From: Candidatus Eiseniibacteriota bacterium
Lineage (GTDB): Bacteria > Eisenbacteria > RBG-16-71-46
Length of the DNA stretch: 64,000 nt
Direction: 5' to 3'
Assembly: GCA_963717505.1 (NCBI GenBank)
Contig: OY970342.1
Span: forward strand, 4,032,001-4,096,000
The notes below the pieces were generated by a model, which did not search any database, was not told the DNA's origin, and worked only from the letters and a program-made list of their open reading frames with translations. This document shows positions 63,585 through 64,000 of this stretch, one piece after another (position 1 is the stretch's first letter; each line of letters begins with the position of its first letter). The position numbers and the translations under genes are program-made.

Positions 63585-64000
63585 ATGATTGGCGTCAAGC
63601 GCTCTGCCGCTCCGCGGTTCGCCTCGAGCATCCTGCTCCTCATCGCAATCCTCTTCTCGACCACCTCGCACGCGCAGATCCTGCGCGAGAACTTCTGGGC
63701 GCCCGACGGCAACGTCTACGCGATGGCGATTTCGGGGAACACGCTGTACCTGGGCGGGTTCTTCACGCAGGTGGGGCCCGCAACCGGGGCGGGAGTGGTC
63801 TTGAATGCCACGACCGGCGCCGCCGTCCAGCCCTATCCCATGGTCTTGGGAGACGTAAGAGCAGTTGCCCCCGACGGCAGCGGGGGATGGTTCATTGGCG
63901 GGGACTTCACCCATGTGCGCGGAGTGGCCCGGCAGAATCTCGCCCAGCTCGATGCGGCCGGTAACGTGACGTCCTGGAATCCGGGCGCCGACGGCGAGGT
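63585..64000 (+). CDS. Secreted beta-propeller repeat protein (delta-60/Rax2-like repeats), partial
   Basis: Not in the ORF track because it is open at the window end. MIGVKRS...TTSHA|QILRENFWAPDGNVYAMAISGNTLYLGGFFTQVG...GWFIGGDFTHVRGVARQNLAQLD...WNPGADG. Confidence 0.8.
   Translation, partial: MIGVKRSAAPRFASSILLLIAILFSTTSHAQILRENFWAPDGNVYAMAISGNTLYLGGFFTQVGPATGAGVVLNATTGAAVQPYPMVLGDVRAVAPDGSGGWFIGGDFTHVRGVARQNLAQLDAAGNVTSWNPGADGE

Overview
High-GC (about 70% by eye) chromosomal window from a diderm bacterium. FlgD-Ig C-terminal domains and a C-terminal SWG..K tail suggest Candidatus Eisenbacteria or a related lineage (inference). Three blocks. (1) 1-26.1 kb, minus strand: a sigma70-type promoter, an FMN riboswitch and an intrinsic terminator head ribD-ribE-ribBA-ribH-nusB. 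These run, mostly through 4-nt stop/start overlaps, into a large glycosylation locus: a DUF2723/TMEM260-like GT-C with TPRs, a second GT-C, a YfhO-type GT-C, polyprenol-P GT2, two flippases, HddA/HddC-like heptose enzymes, an epimerase, an AsnB-like amidotransferase and two methyltransferases. Most genes below about 17.1 kb are frameshifted, probably by sequencing error. (2) 26-42 kb, core genes: ychF, an orphan zf-HC2 protein, tRNA-Lys, purA, serA plus class V aminotransferase, tRNA-Leu-tig-clpP-clpX-lon, apgM and hbd, with a palindrome- and hairpin-rich spacer between serA and purA. (3) 42-64 kb, accessory and secreted genes: M13 peptidase, two DinB proteins, a split GNAT, beta-barrels, a sigma54-controlled MacAB-type exporter with its two-component system flanked by two Reeler-like proteins carrying different C-terminal tags, a Spondin_N lipoprotein, an ankyrin protein, a cupin and a partial beta-propeller. 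No CRISPR array, rRNA or intact mobile element was seen. Best candidates for new biology: a TMEM260-like protein O-glycosylation pathway coupled to the riboflavin operon, and a short SWG..K C-terminal tag that appears interchangeable with the FlgD-type domain. All family calls come from motif recognition by eye, without database searches.
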